A DNA stretch of 63,652 bases, counting the filler, from Octopus bimaculoides (lineage: Eukaryota): the NCBI RefSeq assembly GCF_001194135.2. It is 7 parts of 7 records of this genome, joined end to end, with 100 filler letters (N's around TTAATTAATTAA, not from the genome) between each part and the next. Parts side by side here need not be neighbours in the genome. Positions count along the whole stretch, not along the records: positions 33,219 to 44,749 come from NC_069007.1; positions 44,850 to 50,381 come from NC_068982.1; positions 50,482 to 58,780 come from NC_069010.1; 4 more parts are not named here. One strand, given 5' to 3'. Under the pieces are notes generated by a model. It worked only from the letters and a program-made list of their open reading frames with translations. It ran no database searches and was not told where the DNA came from. The position numbers were made by a program, and so were the translations under genes. Positions 36,713-50,577 of this stretch are shown here, one piece after another; within the stretch, counting starts at the first letter, position 1, and each line of letters starts with the position of its first letter.

Positions 36713-38049
36713 AGAGAGTGAGAATATTGAGTTATGTAAGGAGACAAAGTAGAAACGCGTGTATACATGTATTTGTGTACATTTGGGTTTGTTGTGTGTG
36801 TGTGTGTGTGTGTGTTGGGCGAGATATCTGTACAAGGTAACTTGAGAAGCTATTTTCTACACGCAAAAGAATTACCCTACCCTCTTACCTACACACACGC
36901 ACACACGCACACACACACGTACACATATTTACCGACATACCTGCCCGTGTCTCTCTCTATTCGTGTTATGAGCCAAATGAACCGCTAGAAATAGCAGTCA
37001 GTTCATCTCCCTCAAATAACACCCCAAACGTCTAAGAAAGAAAAATAACAATAATAAAGCATGTTGAATAATGCAGTCGAGTGTTTCCTAATGCGCCAGT
37101 CACGCCTGAAATGCCTATCATTATAAGTCTGCTCGATTAAGTCTAACCTAGGGTTAATCCCCAACACCGACGCCTTCACCATCATTAGAACTACCGCCAA
37201 CAGCAACAGCAATGATTACAAGTAACTGCATTACGAAACGAATCGACGAAGGAGCCTGTACGAATTACTAAAAATAGTAACCAAATCTGCTTCAAATCCG
37301 ACTCTTCTGCCTTTAATGAAACAGAAAAAGAAAAGGGACATTTCGCATGATATAGCAATAGATGTAATATAAAGACGAGATGGTCACGGTTAGGACGTCT
37401 TTGATCGTAAGATTTTTCTCGTAAGGCTAACCTAAAGTAGAACAACGACTGTGTTTCTTTGTTGCATGTCCGTCTTTATAGCTTCTTCTACATACCAAGA
37501 TTCTCTTACCTGCTTACCTATCTACATTCCTCCCTTACTAGCAATCTAGATACCTACCTAACCACATATCTACCTGACTGCTTGGCTGATTGGCTGCCTG
37601 TATGCATGACTGCTTGTTGGCCTGACTTAGAAAGCTTCCCTAACTCTTTATTATTATTTCTTTTGCATGCATGCATGCTTGTATGACCATCAAATTTCCA
37701 TAATCGACCGACAAAAGATAGACAACCAAGGGAGGTGACTATTCATAGCCTTTAGCATGAAATACTAAGAAAGACAATTCTTCACAGTACATTAGTGGCA
37801 ACCAGATCCAGCCGTCACTTCCTCAGCCATTTTTTTACCCATAGAACTCTTTGATCCCTGTTTTATTCGGATGGATCTCCATACCCATTCAATGTTTAAA
37901 AAATCCCATAATGTTTTTATAAATAAATACTATTAGGAATGGTTTAAAATAAAATTGTTTAAATATTTTATGTATTAAAGAAGTATAACCAATTTATTGC
38001 GCATAAATTTTAACAAACAAAAATCTTATATGGAGCTCTAAAGTCCATA

Positions 38050-38385
38050 CGGACCCTGGATGAGATTGACTGGAACAGAGCTTAGTAACATGTGCTCTGG
38101 GTCGTCTTAGTAGCATTATAAATCTCCGTGCAAATCTGTTACCCTGGGACCTACAGAATTAGGACGGCACTAACTCGTCTCTTTTAACTCTGAGCCATGG
38201 CACGTCCAAGGTGTGTCAGCTGGGGTGAGAGAGGGCTGCACCAGCACCTTCGCCGATATTTATTGCAGCTGGGCAGATTGGGGGAACGTGAAATGGAATG
38301 CCTTGCTCAAAGATACAATTCATCGGCTGAGACGGGAACTGAACGCACGACTTTTATGGCCAAAAGTCGAACACACGAACCACTT
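38050..38385 (-). mobile_element. tRNA-derived SINE, third (CORE-like) family
   Basis: Minus strand has gttcagttcccgtc (B-box-like), followed by ttgagcaaggcattccatttcacg..cccagctgcaataaata. Confidence 0.55.
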
Positions 38386-38640
38386 TTGTGAAGGAACGAA
38401 CCACTGAGCCACACGGCTTCATAGAAGTGCATTGTTCGAAGCCCGAACTGAGAATTGAACCACCATTAGCAGCGCTACGCCGCCGCACCAGTGACGCCGC
38501 CACAGCCACCACCGCCACCAACAACAACAACAACAAGAACAACAAGAACAACAACGTCACTTCATTACACACATCACAATGATGATGATGATAGTGGTGG
38601 TGGCGGTAATTATTGCGCGCGTGCGTGTGTGTGCGTGTGT

Positions 38641-38674
<34 letters not shown>

Positions 38675-39550
38675 NNNNNNNNNNNNNNNNNNNNNNNNNN
38701 NNNNNNNNNNNNNNNNNNNNNNNNNNNNNNNNNNNNNNNNNNNNNNNNNNNNNNNNNNNNNNNNNNNNNNNNNNNNNNNNNNNNNNNNNNNNNNNNNNNN
38801 NNNNNNNNNNNNNNNNNNNNNNNNNNNNNNNNNNNNNNNNNNNNNNNNNNNNNNNNNNNNNNNNNNNNNNNNNNNNNNNNNNNNNNNNNNNNNNNNNNNN
38901 NNNNNNNNNNNNNNNNNNNNNNNNNNNNNNNNNNNNNNNNNNNNNNNNNNNNNNNNNNNNNNNNNNNNNNNNNNNNNNNNNNNNNNNNNNNNNNNNNNNN
39001 NNNNNNNNNNNNNNNNNNNNNNNNNNNNNNNNNNNNNNNNNNNNNNNNNNNNNNNNNNNNNNNNNNNNNNNNNNNNNNNNNNNNNNNNNNNNNNNNNNNN
39101 NNNNNNNNNNNNNNNNNNNNNNNNNNNNNNNNNNNNNNNNNNNNNNNNNNNNNNNNNNNNNNNNNNNNNNNNNNNNNNNNNNNNNNNNNNNNNNNNNNNN
39201 NNNNNNNNNNNNNNNNNNNNNNNNNNNNNNNNNNNNNNNNNNNNNNNNNNNNCGATATATATATCGAGAGAGAGAGAGTTTACAATTTAGAGGAAAAATC
39301 CAGGGGAATAATTACAAGGTTGCTTAAGTGTCCCAGGATTTAAATCCGGGAAAGTAAGTCGTATTTAGTAGAAAATACAAAAATTGAATAAGGAGACGAA
39401 CTCTGGGGATGTTGTTAAACCATTTATATCTTGAATTCTTCTACATGTTTCAACGGATGCACTCCAAAATGTCCGACAGGATTAATTAGGGTCAGCAACG
39501 CATCAATCTTCATCAGGAAGGATATAATTAACAAACTCATCAAACAGATA

Positions 39551-39725
39551 TCAGGGAGTACTGAAAAGTTCCGGGATTTTGGTAAAAGAAAATACAGGAG
39601 GATCAGTTAATTACGATTTTATGCAACATATTCCCCTCTCGGATTCACACACCAATTGCAGCGGTCCTTCAGTTTTTCTAGGCCCTGTACAAAAGAACTT
39701 GAAAGGTTGGGCCAAGACTTTTCAG
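39551..39725 (+). mobile_element. Mariner-type terminal fragment
   Basis: TATCAGGGAGTACTGAAAAGTTCC resembles the TACGAGGG..AAAAG ends at 20152 and 60693. Confidence 0.5.
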
Positions 39726-39769
39726 CATCTCCTCCCTGTATACCGAGGATGGGGCTGTGTGTGTTTGTT

Positions 39770-40020
39770 ATATGTGTAAGCGTGTCTTTGTGTTCATGTT
39801 AGCACACACGCACGCACGCACACACACACCGCTTGACAACCAGTGTTCGTTTGTTTACATTCCCCGCAACATATCCATTCGACAAATGAACCGATATTGA
39901 ATAAGAACACGACTGAAAAATAAATAAATATATAAATGAATAAATACTGGCGTCGACTAAGACCTCTCAACGCGGTGCCCCAGCATGGCCTTAATCAAAA
40001 ACGATAAAAGATAAAAGAGT
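39770..40020 (+). mobile_element. SINE family A, 3' half
   Basis: gcttgacaaccagtg body and gcggtgccccagcatggcc tail. Confidence 0.7.
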
Positions 40021-41169
40021 CTTAAACTGATCAAAGTTCACACAAAATGTGTTGAGTTCAAAGTAATAAATTGATATGGTTTTTTAATAAGTAATAATGC
40101 AGCCTGGCACCGCAAATTTCACACAACTTCCATATGTACCAGCGGTGGTACATTTTCATAATTCGAAAACATATTTTCTATCTCCTCGCTAGCAATGTAA
40201 ACAAGCGTGCATTCTGCACCAAAATCCTGTATGAAAATTCCTCTCGTGGTATCTACCAGAGTATAATTTGTTCTAACAGAACACACACATTTAAGTGGGG
40301 ATAGATATTAACTCTCGGTATTAATACAGCCTCTATTGCTAATATATATATTTTAAACAAGCTCACGGGCTAATCGCGACACCAGCGCCTGTTCTGGCAA
40401 TGATTTACTATATATCGCCGGCGAGGAGATGAGTAGCTGCTATCTCTAGTGGTCGAGCATCCATCATTGACAAGACCAAGGGAGGCCGAAATTACATGAT
40501 CTGGTGGTCTCGTCGCTGGAGATGGCGAGGCTTTATCTCCCCACTAGCAATATAAACAAGCGTGCGTTTTACACTGAAAGCCTATATGAGAGTTTCTCTC
40601 GTGCTATCTACCACAGTAAAGCTTGTTCTAATAGAACACCCATGTTTAAGTGGGATTAAATAACATAAGAGCAAAATATAGAAGTTTAATTATGAAATAT
40701 AAAAATGCCAAAAAATAAAATTTCATTTTCTCGTAATTAAAAAGTATGCAGTGTGATCAGAAATACGTGACGTTAGAGGTAAATCGCAGTAACAAGCTAT
40801 AGAAGCGTTAATCTATTAATATCTGAAATCCTGCTTATATTACTATAGTTGCGTGTGTGACGGCGAGTTATATCTTTTCGCTCGACAATGAGCAATAGTT
40901 TCACTAACAGTTTTTAGCACTCTCTCTTTCGCACCAATTGTTACTTTTGTACCGTATTTAATTAACCTAATATCGATCTTTTCTTCATTGTGTTCACTTG
41001 GCAATCCTTCTCTTTCGTTATGGTCTCCTGGTGACAACAAGCACTTTTTACATGCTTTGTGAGTCGAAGTGTCTTTTTTCCAGTTTTCTGAATTGAAACT
41101 GTAACCGTGCTTCAACGCTTTATGAAGGAAGCACAACGTTTGGCATAGGTCGGTGATAAAGCAAGAATA

Positions 41170-41690
41170 GGACCATAGAGATATGACTACAGGGAAGGTC
41201 CACAGGGGCAGGCCACAGAGGCGAAACCATCAGGGGCAAGCCACTGAGGCGGAACCATAAGGGCAAGACCACAATGGTATCCCACAGAAGTAGAACTACA
41301 GGGATAAAATCACAAGGGCGAAACCACAAAGGTGGACCACAGAAGCAGAATCATAGGGACAAGACCACTGGTGCGAGACCACAGTAGAAGACAACAGAAG
41401 CGGAACCATAGGGGCAAGACCACTAGGGCGAGATCACAAGGACAGACCACAGAAGCAGAACCATAGGGCAAGACCACTGGAGCAGGACCACTGAAGCAAG
41501 ACAACAGAAGCGGAACCATAGGGGCGAGACGATAGGGGCGAGACCACAGGGACGAGACCACAGGGACGAGACCACAGGGGCGGAACTATAGGGGCAAGAT
41601 CACAAGGACACGATAACAAGGGTAAGCCACAGAAGCGGAACCATAGGGACAAGTCTACTGGGGAGACACCACAGGAGCAAGACCATATAA
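41170..41690. repeat. Diverged ~14-bp minisatellite with a 110-bp higher-order period
   Basis: Monomers of the types GGGGCRAGACCACA and GAAGCGGAACCATA. Block 41335-41444 repeats from 41445. Confidence 0.85.
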
Positions 41691-41864
41691 GTGGATACCT
41701 TGAGCTTAAAATATTTACGGTTGCAAAATTTCAAAAATGAAACAAATGAAATAGTAAAATCTTGGTTTGCCCCTGACTCAGGCAACCCATGCGGCTCCAT
41801 TAAAATAGATAAAGCTAAAGATTAGGTTTAAACCATTTATTATTGAAATTCCTTAAATTAGTTT

Positions 41865-42061
41865 CCTTTCTAAATTTCTTCCCTTTATACTTTACTTGCT
41901 TCAGTCTGCGACCATACTGGGGCACCGCCTTGAAGGGTTTTAGTCGAACAAATTGTTCCAAGAATAATTTCTTTAGCCGAACCGCTAAGTTACGGGGACA
42001 CAAACACACAAACACTGGATGTCAAGCGGAGGTGGAGGAGACAAACACAGGCACAAAGACA

Positions 42062-42092
<31 letters not shown>

Positions 42093-42640
42093 ATATATGT
42101 ATATACACTTACACACACACATGTATATATATATATATTTATATATATATATATNNNNNNNNNNNNNNNNNNNNNNNNNNNNNNNNNNNNNNNNNNNNNN
42201 NNNNNNNNNNNNNNNNNNATATATATACGACGGGCTTCTTTCAGTTTCCTATTTCTTTATTGCCCACAAGGGGCTAAACACAGAGGGGACAAACAAGGAC
42301 AGACAAAGGGATTAAGTCGATTACATCGACCCTAATGTTCAACTGGTACTTAATTTATCAATCCCGAAAGGATGAAAGGCAAAGTCGACCTCGGTGGAAT
42401 TTGAACTCAGAACGTAGCAGCAGACGAAATACCACTAAGCATTTCGCCCGACGTGCTAACGTTTCTGCCAGCTCGCCGCCTTTCAGTTTCTGTCTACCAA
42501 ATCTACTCACGAGGCTTTGGTCAACCCGAGGCTAAAGTAGAAAACATTTGCCCAAGGTATCATGCACTGAAACTGAACTTGGAACCACATAGTTCGGAAG
42601 CAAGCTTCTTACCACGCAGCCAGACTTGCGCTTTCGTTTA
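41865..42640 (-). mobile_element. SINE family A interrupted by a full SINE family B copy (42249-42480)
   Basis: The B copy is bounded by a 10-bp duplication TTTCAGTTTC (42239-42248 and 42481-42490) inside the A body. Confidence 0.9.
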
Positions 42641-42694
42641 TCATTTATTTTTGTTCTCTCAAGCCCTAGGACTCCTACTCGGTATAAGTGAAAG

Positions 42695-42945
42695 AGATCT
42701 AAACACTGCCCTCCAAAGGGGACGCCAGTCCGTTGCTGGGACTGAGGCCAGCAATTTTGAAGGGAAGAAGGCGAGTCAATTACATCGACCTCAATACATA
42801 ACTAATACTTTCCTTCTATCAACCCCGGGGAGATGACAGACAAACTTCTTCCCTGCGGAACTTGAACCTAAAACACAAAGAACCGGAAGAAATGCTGCCA
42901 AGCATTCTTGTCCGATGTATTAACGATTCCGTCAGCTTGCCGTCT
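42695..42945 (-). mobile_element. SINE family B (diverged)
   Basis: aggccagcaattttgaaggg and gcggaacttgaacc motifs. Confidence 0.7.
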
Positions 42946-43628
42946 GCTTGTTTATTTATTATACTGTGCCAGAATCAGCCGATCCAGTATGTTATCAGCG
43001 AACGGAGCGGTGCCAAATGTAAGGTATACCGTTTTTGATAACCATACAGTTTCAGTATGTCTATGAAAAGTAACGAAAGTGATTGTTCCAAAACTGTTTA
43101 ATGTACGTAAGGGCAGAGGAGAAACAAAATTAACATGGCTAGTTTCTAGACTTCTTGAGGCTTCATCAGAAAAAGAATGTCCACTTCTATCAAAAGCGAG
43201 ATTGTTTACAGAGCATACAAATTCTAACGGAGTTGAATGATTAAATTTGCATAACTGTACATGCGCTGACAACGTCAATTACTTAATATGCTTATTGTGT
43301 ATGTCTTTTCATAGAAAGCTTTAACTGTATGTTATTATAAAGTGACAACACTCTTCTAGCCCAAAATATGCTCGTTTTTTTTTTGTTTTTTTTTTCTTTA
43401 AGAACTCTTTCAACACACAGGCGCGCGCGCGTGTGTGTATGCATTTATATATGCATGGATAAATCTCTATATATGGAAATGTCTACATATATGCGTGTGC
43501 ATATATATATATATACACACTTCAAAGAAATATTTCAGAGAGGGTGAAAAAAGTAAGGTACAAGGTATGATATAATGGTAGAAATGCTGACAAACAGACA
43601 GAGCTAGGATTATTTTAGTACTATTAAA

Positions 43629-43675
<47 letters not shown>

Positions 43676-43964
43676 NNNNNNNNNNNNNNNNNNNNNNNNN
43701 NNNNNNNNNNNNNNNNNNNNNNNNNNNNNNNNNNNNNNNNNNNNNNNNNNNNNNNNNNNNNNNNNNNNNNNNNNNNNNNNNNNNNNNNNNNNNNNNNNNN
43801 NNNNNNNNTGTTGTTTTAAGATAGCAGTTTGCGATTTGGCTGCTATTTTTAGCAAGTTCACAACCCCGTTTGTTGTCTTTGATGATGGTGGTGGTGCTGG
43901 TAAAGACGCTATGTGCGTGTGTGCTTATATGTATGTATGTATGTATTCTTTTACTCTTTTACTC

Positions 43965-44490
43965 TTTTACTCTTTTACTTGTTTCAGTCATTTGACTGCG
44001 GCCATGCTGGAGCACCGCCTTTAGTTGAGCAAATGGACTCAGGACTTATTCTTTGTAAGCCTAGTACTTATTCTATCGGTCTCTTTTTGCCGAACCACTA
44101 AGTTACGGGGACTTAAACACACCGGCATCAGTTGTCAAGCAATGTTGGGGGGGACAAACACAGACACACAGACACACAGACACACAAACACAGACACACA
44201 GACACACAAACACACATAAATACATATATATACATACATACATATATACGACGGGCTTCTTTCAGTTTCCGTCTACCAAATCCACTTACAAGGTTTTGGT
44301 CGGCCCGAGGCTATAGTAGAAGACACTTGCCCAAGGTGCCACGCAGTGGGACTGNNNNNNNNNNCTTACAAGGTTTTGGTCGGCCCGAGGCTATAGTAGA
44401 AGACACTTGCCCAAGGTGCCACGCAGTGGGACTGAACCCGGAACCATGTGGTTGGTAAGCAAACTACTTACCACACAGCCACTCCTGCGC
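43965..44490 (-). mobile_element. SINE family A, young full-length copy (69 bp duplicated around a 10-N gap)
   Basis: Head ggcgcaggagtggctgtgtggtaag and tail ggcggtgctccagcatggccgcagtcaaatgactgaaacaagtaaaagag on the minus strand. Confidence 0.9.
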
Positions 44491-44574
44491 CTATGTGTAG
44501 GAATTTAAATAATAAACCCGGCCAACGCCGGGTACTGCTGTTAGTGTATATGTGTGTGATTGTACATGTGTGTG

Positions 44575-44616
<42 letters not shown>

Positions 44617-44716
44617 GAAGGAGAGAGAAGTAATAGGAGGGATGGCAGCATATGTGCATGGGGTTATCAAAGAGAAATAGAGAGTGGGGAAGAAGGAGGC
44701 AGAGGGTGAGGGGTGA

Positions 44717-44749
<33 letters not shown>

Positions 44750-45149
44750 NNNNNNNNNNNNNNNNNNNNNNNNNNNNNNNNNNNNNNNNNNNNTTAATTA
44801 ATTAANNNNNNNNNNNNNNNNNNNNNNNNNNNNNNNNNNNNNNNNNNNNTGTGTATGTGTAGGGATGGATATGTGTGTGTATGTATGTATATGTATGTGT
44901 GGGTGTATATATATGTGTGTATGTGTGTATGTATGTATGTATATATATATATATGTATATGTATGTGTGTATAGATGTGTGTGTGTGTATACGCATATGT
45001 ATGCTTGTATAATTGAAAGAGGATAAAAAAGAGTCAATGAACATATATTAAAACCATTGTAATTTAAAAAAAAAAAAAAAAGACAATCGTAATTTTTAAA
45101 AAATCATAGAACTCGCACATTTTGTTTATTTGTTTGTCCTGTATTGTAC

Positions 45150-45700
45150 CCATCTGTATTTTCGATCCTTCGTGATCATAATAAAAATATAAGAGAGTGA
45201 CTATTGGTTTCGCACCTACAAAGCTCTTAAAATTATAGGTAACTTGTTGGGCTCTATGCCCATATATAATTATACATATATGTGTGAGTCTGTGTAAATA
45301 GTATTGTAAATAGTTTTTTACAACTATATCATGTCTCAGAGCGAGGCAGTGTCTTGTTGATATTTGAGGGAGGCTGATAATATGGGTGATTCTTCCACAG
45401 ATATAGCATAACAAACATTTTGTCACAACGTGGAGGTTTGATGGCATCTTTGTCTCTTTTGTTTTTCAAGTATTTGGCAACTATCTCCTGTTCTTTTAGG
45501 TGGGATGTAATGTAACTATCGCAGGTCCATGTGCGGCTATTGTGCATGTAAATGTTGCTGTTATTTTTTTAACTTGTAAGATATGTACCTATCCACTAAT
45601 TTTTTACTGATACGAGGAGAGCTTCTTCTCCAAGCTTTGATTAGACGGGTCAGTCCAGTTTCTTTTGGGTTAAGTAAGACACTTGTACACTCAGAGTACC
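45150..45700 (-). mobile_element. Possible very old Penelope/Poseidon-type C-terminal relic
   Basis: Broken reading LTRLIKAWRR..KLVDRYISYKL..PRCDKMFVMLYLW..VTYNFKSFVGAKPIVT loosely parallels a PLE thumb, linker and GIY-YIG order. Weak. Confidence 0.3.
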
Positions 45701-47089
45701 TGCTCTGGAGTTCTTCCCTCTCTCTGAAGATGTTCTTATGAGTAAGCGTATAATATACTGCATGCAAACATGCATGCATGTATGTATGTCTAAACACATT
45801 CATATACAGCCATTTGTTCTATAAAAACGACTGCTAGGAAATACAATGTAATATTTTAAAACAACAGGTTTCTCCCCATGTGGTACTTTGTAAAGTAAGC
45901 GTGTGTATTTTACAAGAGCAGATTTTGTTTCTTAAACTTGGTTTGAGTACATATTTCTCATGTGAGGAATTACACACACATACTTCTATGTCTGTGTGTA
46001 TATTTATATCACTAGCAGAAAAGTATGTTTAACTTCGCATAGCTCACAAACATTGTTTTAAATTATAATACAATCATGATGATGTTATTTTGTTTTGGAT
46101 ATTTTTATTCTATCCGCACCCAACCCCCTCCCACCTTATATGTAAACAGACTTGTTAAATGCCACACGCACACACGTTGTCTTTCCGATTTCTGTTCTAT
46201 TTATATTTTGGCTTTCGTTATTTGTTTATGTACAGCGCTATTCTAAAATAGCACCAATACCGTTCTTTACAAAAGGATTACAGTTAAATTATAATTTCTC
46301 TCCCAATAATAATAAGTGACAAGTTCAGAAGTTAAGTGTAAAGAGAAAGAAAAGGCACAATGTTTCTAAAAATATACAATATACAAGTAGCTGTAGTGTA
46401 AATAAAAAAGGGTGGGAGAGATTGTCTCCAACATAATTTTAATTATAGTATTTAAAAAATGTCTGGGAAGAATTTTGAAGTCGATTTGGACGTAAAATAA
46501 ACTCCTGAGAAAATAACTATTTTAGAATGCAGCATTATTTTCTGGCAGAGACGGATTCTATACATAACTTTTTACTTCAGTTTTTTTTTTTCCATGCTTT
46601 TTTTTTTTTTTTTTAAGGTCTCACTGGAGACCTTACTATCCCCATGAACATGTCTGTCTAGCAATTATTCAAGTCAAAACTCAGCCTTATATCATTAGAA
46701 ATTTGTTTGTGAAATGCACTAGCTTTTCGTTGATTCCAATTTCTCTTCTGCTAATTAAATTAGAATAAGATTTATTTTTCAAATACTATATTTATTTAAT
46801 GCCACTAATCTATAAATAATAGGTTGATGAAATAAAGAGTATAACCAAGGCCACCTGAGGATATCGGCAACTTGTTCAGTCACTTTAGATGTGACGTAAT
46901 ATTTGTGGTCATCGTAATTCAAAAGAAAAATGTGAAAATAATAAACTAAATAATCACTTTATTCCTTGTTTAAAGAAATGTAACACTCAATTTATTCCGA
47001 CATTTGCTGTTATTAAACCTCACGATAATTTTTAAAATCATACTTGTAAGAGTGCTGAAATTCAGTTGGGCCGGAATGCTAGATATAGT

Positions 47090-47650
47090 CGTCGTCATGC
47101 ATCTTACGCATGCATTGCATTGACACTATAACCAAAGTCTTCCCGATTAAGCGCGAGTTCTCCAGCCGCCTTACCGCTCTTGTCGAATCAGCTCTTGGTA
47201 TTGTCCGTTCATTGCGTTCTTTGCCTTCCTCTTAATCTACTACTCTCGACTCTTCCTTCCATGATAATGTTTTCCAAACCTCTGCTTCTTCGAATATAGC
47301 CACAATAGTTTTTGCACACTTTTACAAATTGTCATCTTTTGTCACATCCATTCATTTGTCTGATGATCCTTACAAGAGACTTGTAACATTCTCCTTATAC
47401 ACCCACACTTCAAACGCATTGGTTGTGTTCTCTTCAAATTTGTTCAGAGTGCACGCTTCGCAACCATAAATGCCTACTGGCCAAATAAGCACTTCAACTA
47501 GCCTTGTTTTTAACTTAGATGGGACGCTACCGCTCCAGATATTAATAAACTTTTCCGTGGATATTCTTTCTTACATGTGACTTCCTCAGAGATTTGGACT
47601 CCAAAATACTTGTGCAATCCAATCTATTCGAGCCTCTCACTACCCAGTTT
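47090..47650 (-). mobile_element. Old RTE-clade LINE 3' fragment
   Basis: IWSGSVPSKLKTRLVEVLIWPVGIYGCEACTLNK..NAFEVWV, a typical RTE post-RT region, with stops. Confidence 0.75.
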
Positions 47651-50219
47651 GATGTTAACATTTACTTTCTCTTATCCTTCTACCAGTCAGTTGGTTACGT
47701 TATGTACATAATATATAAATTGCTGCAATCAGTCACGTATACAAGATATATTTTCTGTGGCTGTTATTTCATGATATAACCAAAGTCCTGTGATGAGCGA
47801 CGGATCGTGCCATCTGACAGTCTTGTAATGTAATAAATCTTGTATCTATTTGTTGTAATTCATCAAGCAGTTCAGCTTTTCCAGCTGTCATTGAGTCTAT
47901 TTTTGAAGACTTTTGAATATCAGGCTTACACTTGAGATGGTTTTGGAGTAGTGATGAAAATGAGGTGGGGTATGTAGAGGGACGGCTTTCCCCTACTTTT
48001 CAACTCAGAAATGGGTGGCTTATAGTGTTTTGTCCCACTTCTCCAATATCAACTTTCCCAATCTCAGGCTACCTTTAATTCCTAATACCCATCTCCATCT
48101 AATCTTTCTAAAAGCTTCGTTATTATTTGGTTGGTTTGGTTTGATGTATCTTGTATTGGTATTCATTCAGTTGGCGTATTTGGTGTCTTCTGTAACTCAA
48201 GCTTACTAAATGAATATTGTGAAGTTGAGTTGTCGTTTTCCAAGAAGGTAATTATTAAGTGAGTTGATTCGAGAACTGTGCTGTTCAATGATTGTAACAG
48301 GTCGTAGTTGTTGAGAACTCTGGTGGTTCGTACGGGCAAATATTTCAGCAGGAATCTTTTTTTTTTTTTATGTATGGGAGTAATTCCACTTCAATCATCT
48401 ACTCAAATTACATTTTGATTTAATAGTTATACTTCGATTTAATGACCAGCATGTCCCGTTTTTATCTTTTTTTTTTTGTGGGGATAAAATTTAATTTCAT
48501 TTTGAATTCATGCATTATCACCTATAGTGTAATCACTCAGCAACTTTTGTAAGTCGGTTATGGAGAACCTCCTTGTGGAAAAATTATAGTCTATTGCCAA
48601 GTGTTATGTGAAAAACATTTGTCTGGTGGTATTGGAGTGAAGTATCATTTTGGTCAACGAAAAACAAGAGTTGTTTGTGGGAACTTGATACATCTGTCAG
48701 GTGTATTTCGATCTCAGAGAATGGCGCATTGAAACAAACCAGTGTTTAAGTTTTTGTTTTATGTTGTATTGTCGGGTTTATTGTTTCGATATCGATGTCA
48801 GCGGGACAGTTGTGAAGAAGACTACTAAAAAGTGTCAGTGGGATGACGTCCCGGTTCTTCGAAATATTCCTGTGTTAAAATGACAGCAAAATTCGGGATC
48901 TTCATCCAAATCTGATTCACCTCTAATAACAAAAGTAACAAATACAACCAGACGCTAATCTGCACAAATGAATGTTTGCTCGACAACAGGCTAGTTTGTA
49001 TACCGGTTTACAATAATAGTCGATACCTTTGTCGTGGAAATAATAAGCATAGATGCACTAAAATGGAAATGAAAATAATGGTATTGGTAGTGTATTTGGT
49101 TGCAATCCGACTACATTACTTGCATCCGTTACGAGTGGTGGTGAAAGTAGAAATTATTCCTAAATATCTACATATCTATCTAAATATAGCTCTTTCTGCG
49201 CTTGCCATAATTAAGGTGACACCTTGATAAACAACAGAAAAAGTGTTACGGGAGAAGTTATTACAAGCGATCTTTGCAGAATATGGCACTGCAGTAGATA
49301 GCACTCCTTCATGACTGATGTAGTCAAGCAATGTTCGCTTACCTTAAAGAGTCACGTGATTTATCTAAACGCCAATTCATGTGTCTTCTCACACGTGCAG
49401 AGATTACAACGTTTTGTTATGATATCAGCTAAAAAGTAGTCACATAACTAATCTTCTTTTCTTGCCGCCAAAATTATTTACTTTTGCTCGTCTGAGCCTA
49501 CCGTAAAGTTATATTTTAAAAATAGTTTTTCTCACCTGGAAAGGCAGTTGCAGACAATAAGCTGACATTTGCGACCATGTAAAAAAAAAAAAACTCGGGT
49601 ATCAGTGACTGACAGAGGAACATATAAGAACTGCATGAACTACTGTTTCTTCCTTCCTAAACCAAGTCGTTTTTATTTCTTTATTCTGTTTCATATTTGT
49701 GCGTTAATTTGGACTCTTGTTTCTAGCAAAAGAGTTGTTTTATCCACACTCACTAAAACCGCTTCAGAATCAAACAACAAATATTGTGCTGTTATTTTTA
49801 ACTAGACAAAACCGCATTATTTATCATCTATCTCTGGAGAATTTTCTTCAGTGAGGAATTTTCAAACGTTTAGCGTCACTAATATTATTTTAGCCAGAAA
49901 TTCGCCTCCTGTAGACTACATTACTAAATGTCCTTTCTAACAAAAAGAAAATAAACACAAGTACGAGCTGGTTTTTAACAGGAAATTTAACGTTTGACTC
50001 GTGTTTCCAGCAGGAATATTTTTTACAAGTCATTTAGTCATTTTTAAAGTTGATATGTATTTTGGTTGCTGTTTTAGCAAAGGGTTTGGTGTATCTGTTG
50101 CTAACTTGATATTGCGACAAATAATTATTGTTTCGATGAATCTTGTAAAAGTTTTTCAAACAACGTCCAGTAAGTTCCTTTTATTAGCACTCATTTATAA
50201 AACATGTTTAAATAACCGC

Positions 50220-50260
<41 letters not shown>

Positions 50261-50481
50261 TACAGTCTTCGACAAGACTTCTGCCCCCACCCCAAAACAC
50301 CCTTTAAAATAATTTTTTTTTTCGACTACGGGAAATACGAATATGCAAAAACAAATCACATTCTTTAATTACCCTCACCCCNNNNNNNNNNNNNNNNNNN
50401 NNNNNNNNNNNNNNNNNNNNNNNNNTTAATTAATTAANNNNNNNNNNNNNNNNNNNNNNNNNNNNNNNNNNNNNNNNNNNN

Positions 50482-50519
<38 letters not shown>

Positions 50520-50577
50520 TAGTAGGCACATCTTCCTTTGAAGCCAATTTCTTTGATTAATCTATTTAATCCTTGTG

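Noticed and set aside
37012-37445. Two moderately GC-rich minus-strand ORFs
   Set aside because: No recognisable domain or consistent splice pair.
41170-41690. CRISPR-like array
   Set aside because: There are no unique spacers, the monomers are contiguous and diverged, and the context is eukaryotic with no cas genes.
49536-49578. Minus-strand ATG..CCAG|GTGAGA mini-exon (MVANVSLLSATAFP)
   Set aside because: A good donor alone is common by chance, with no homology or partner exon.
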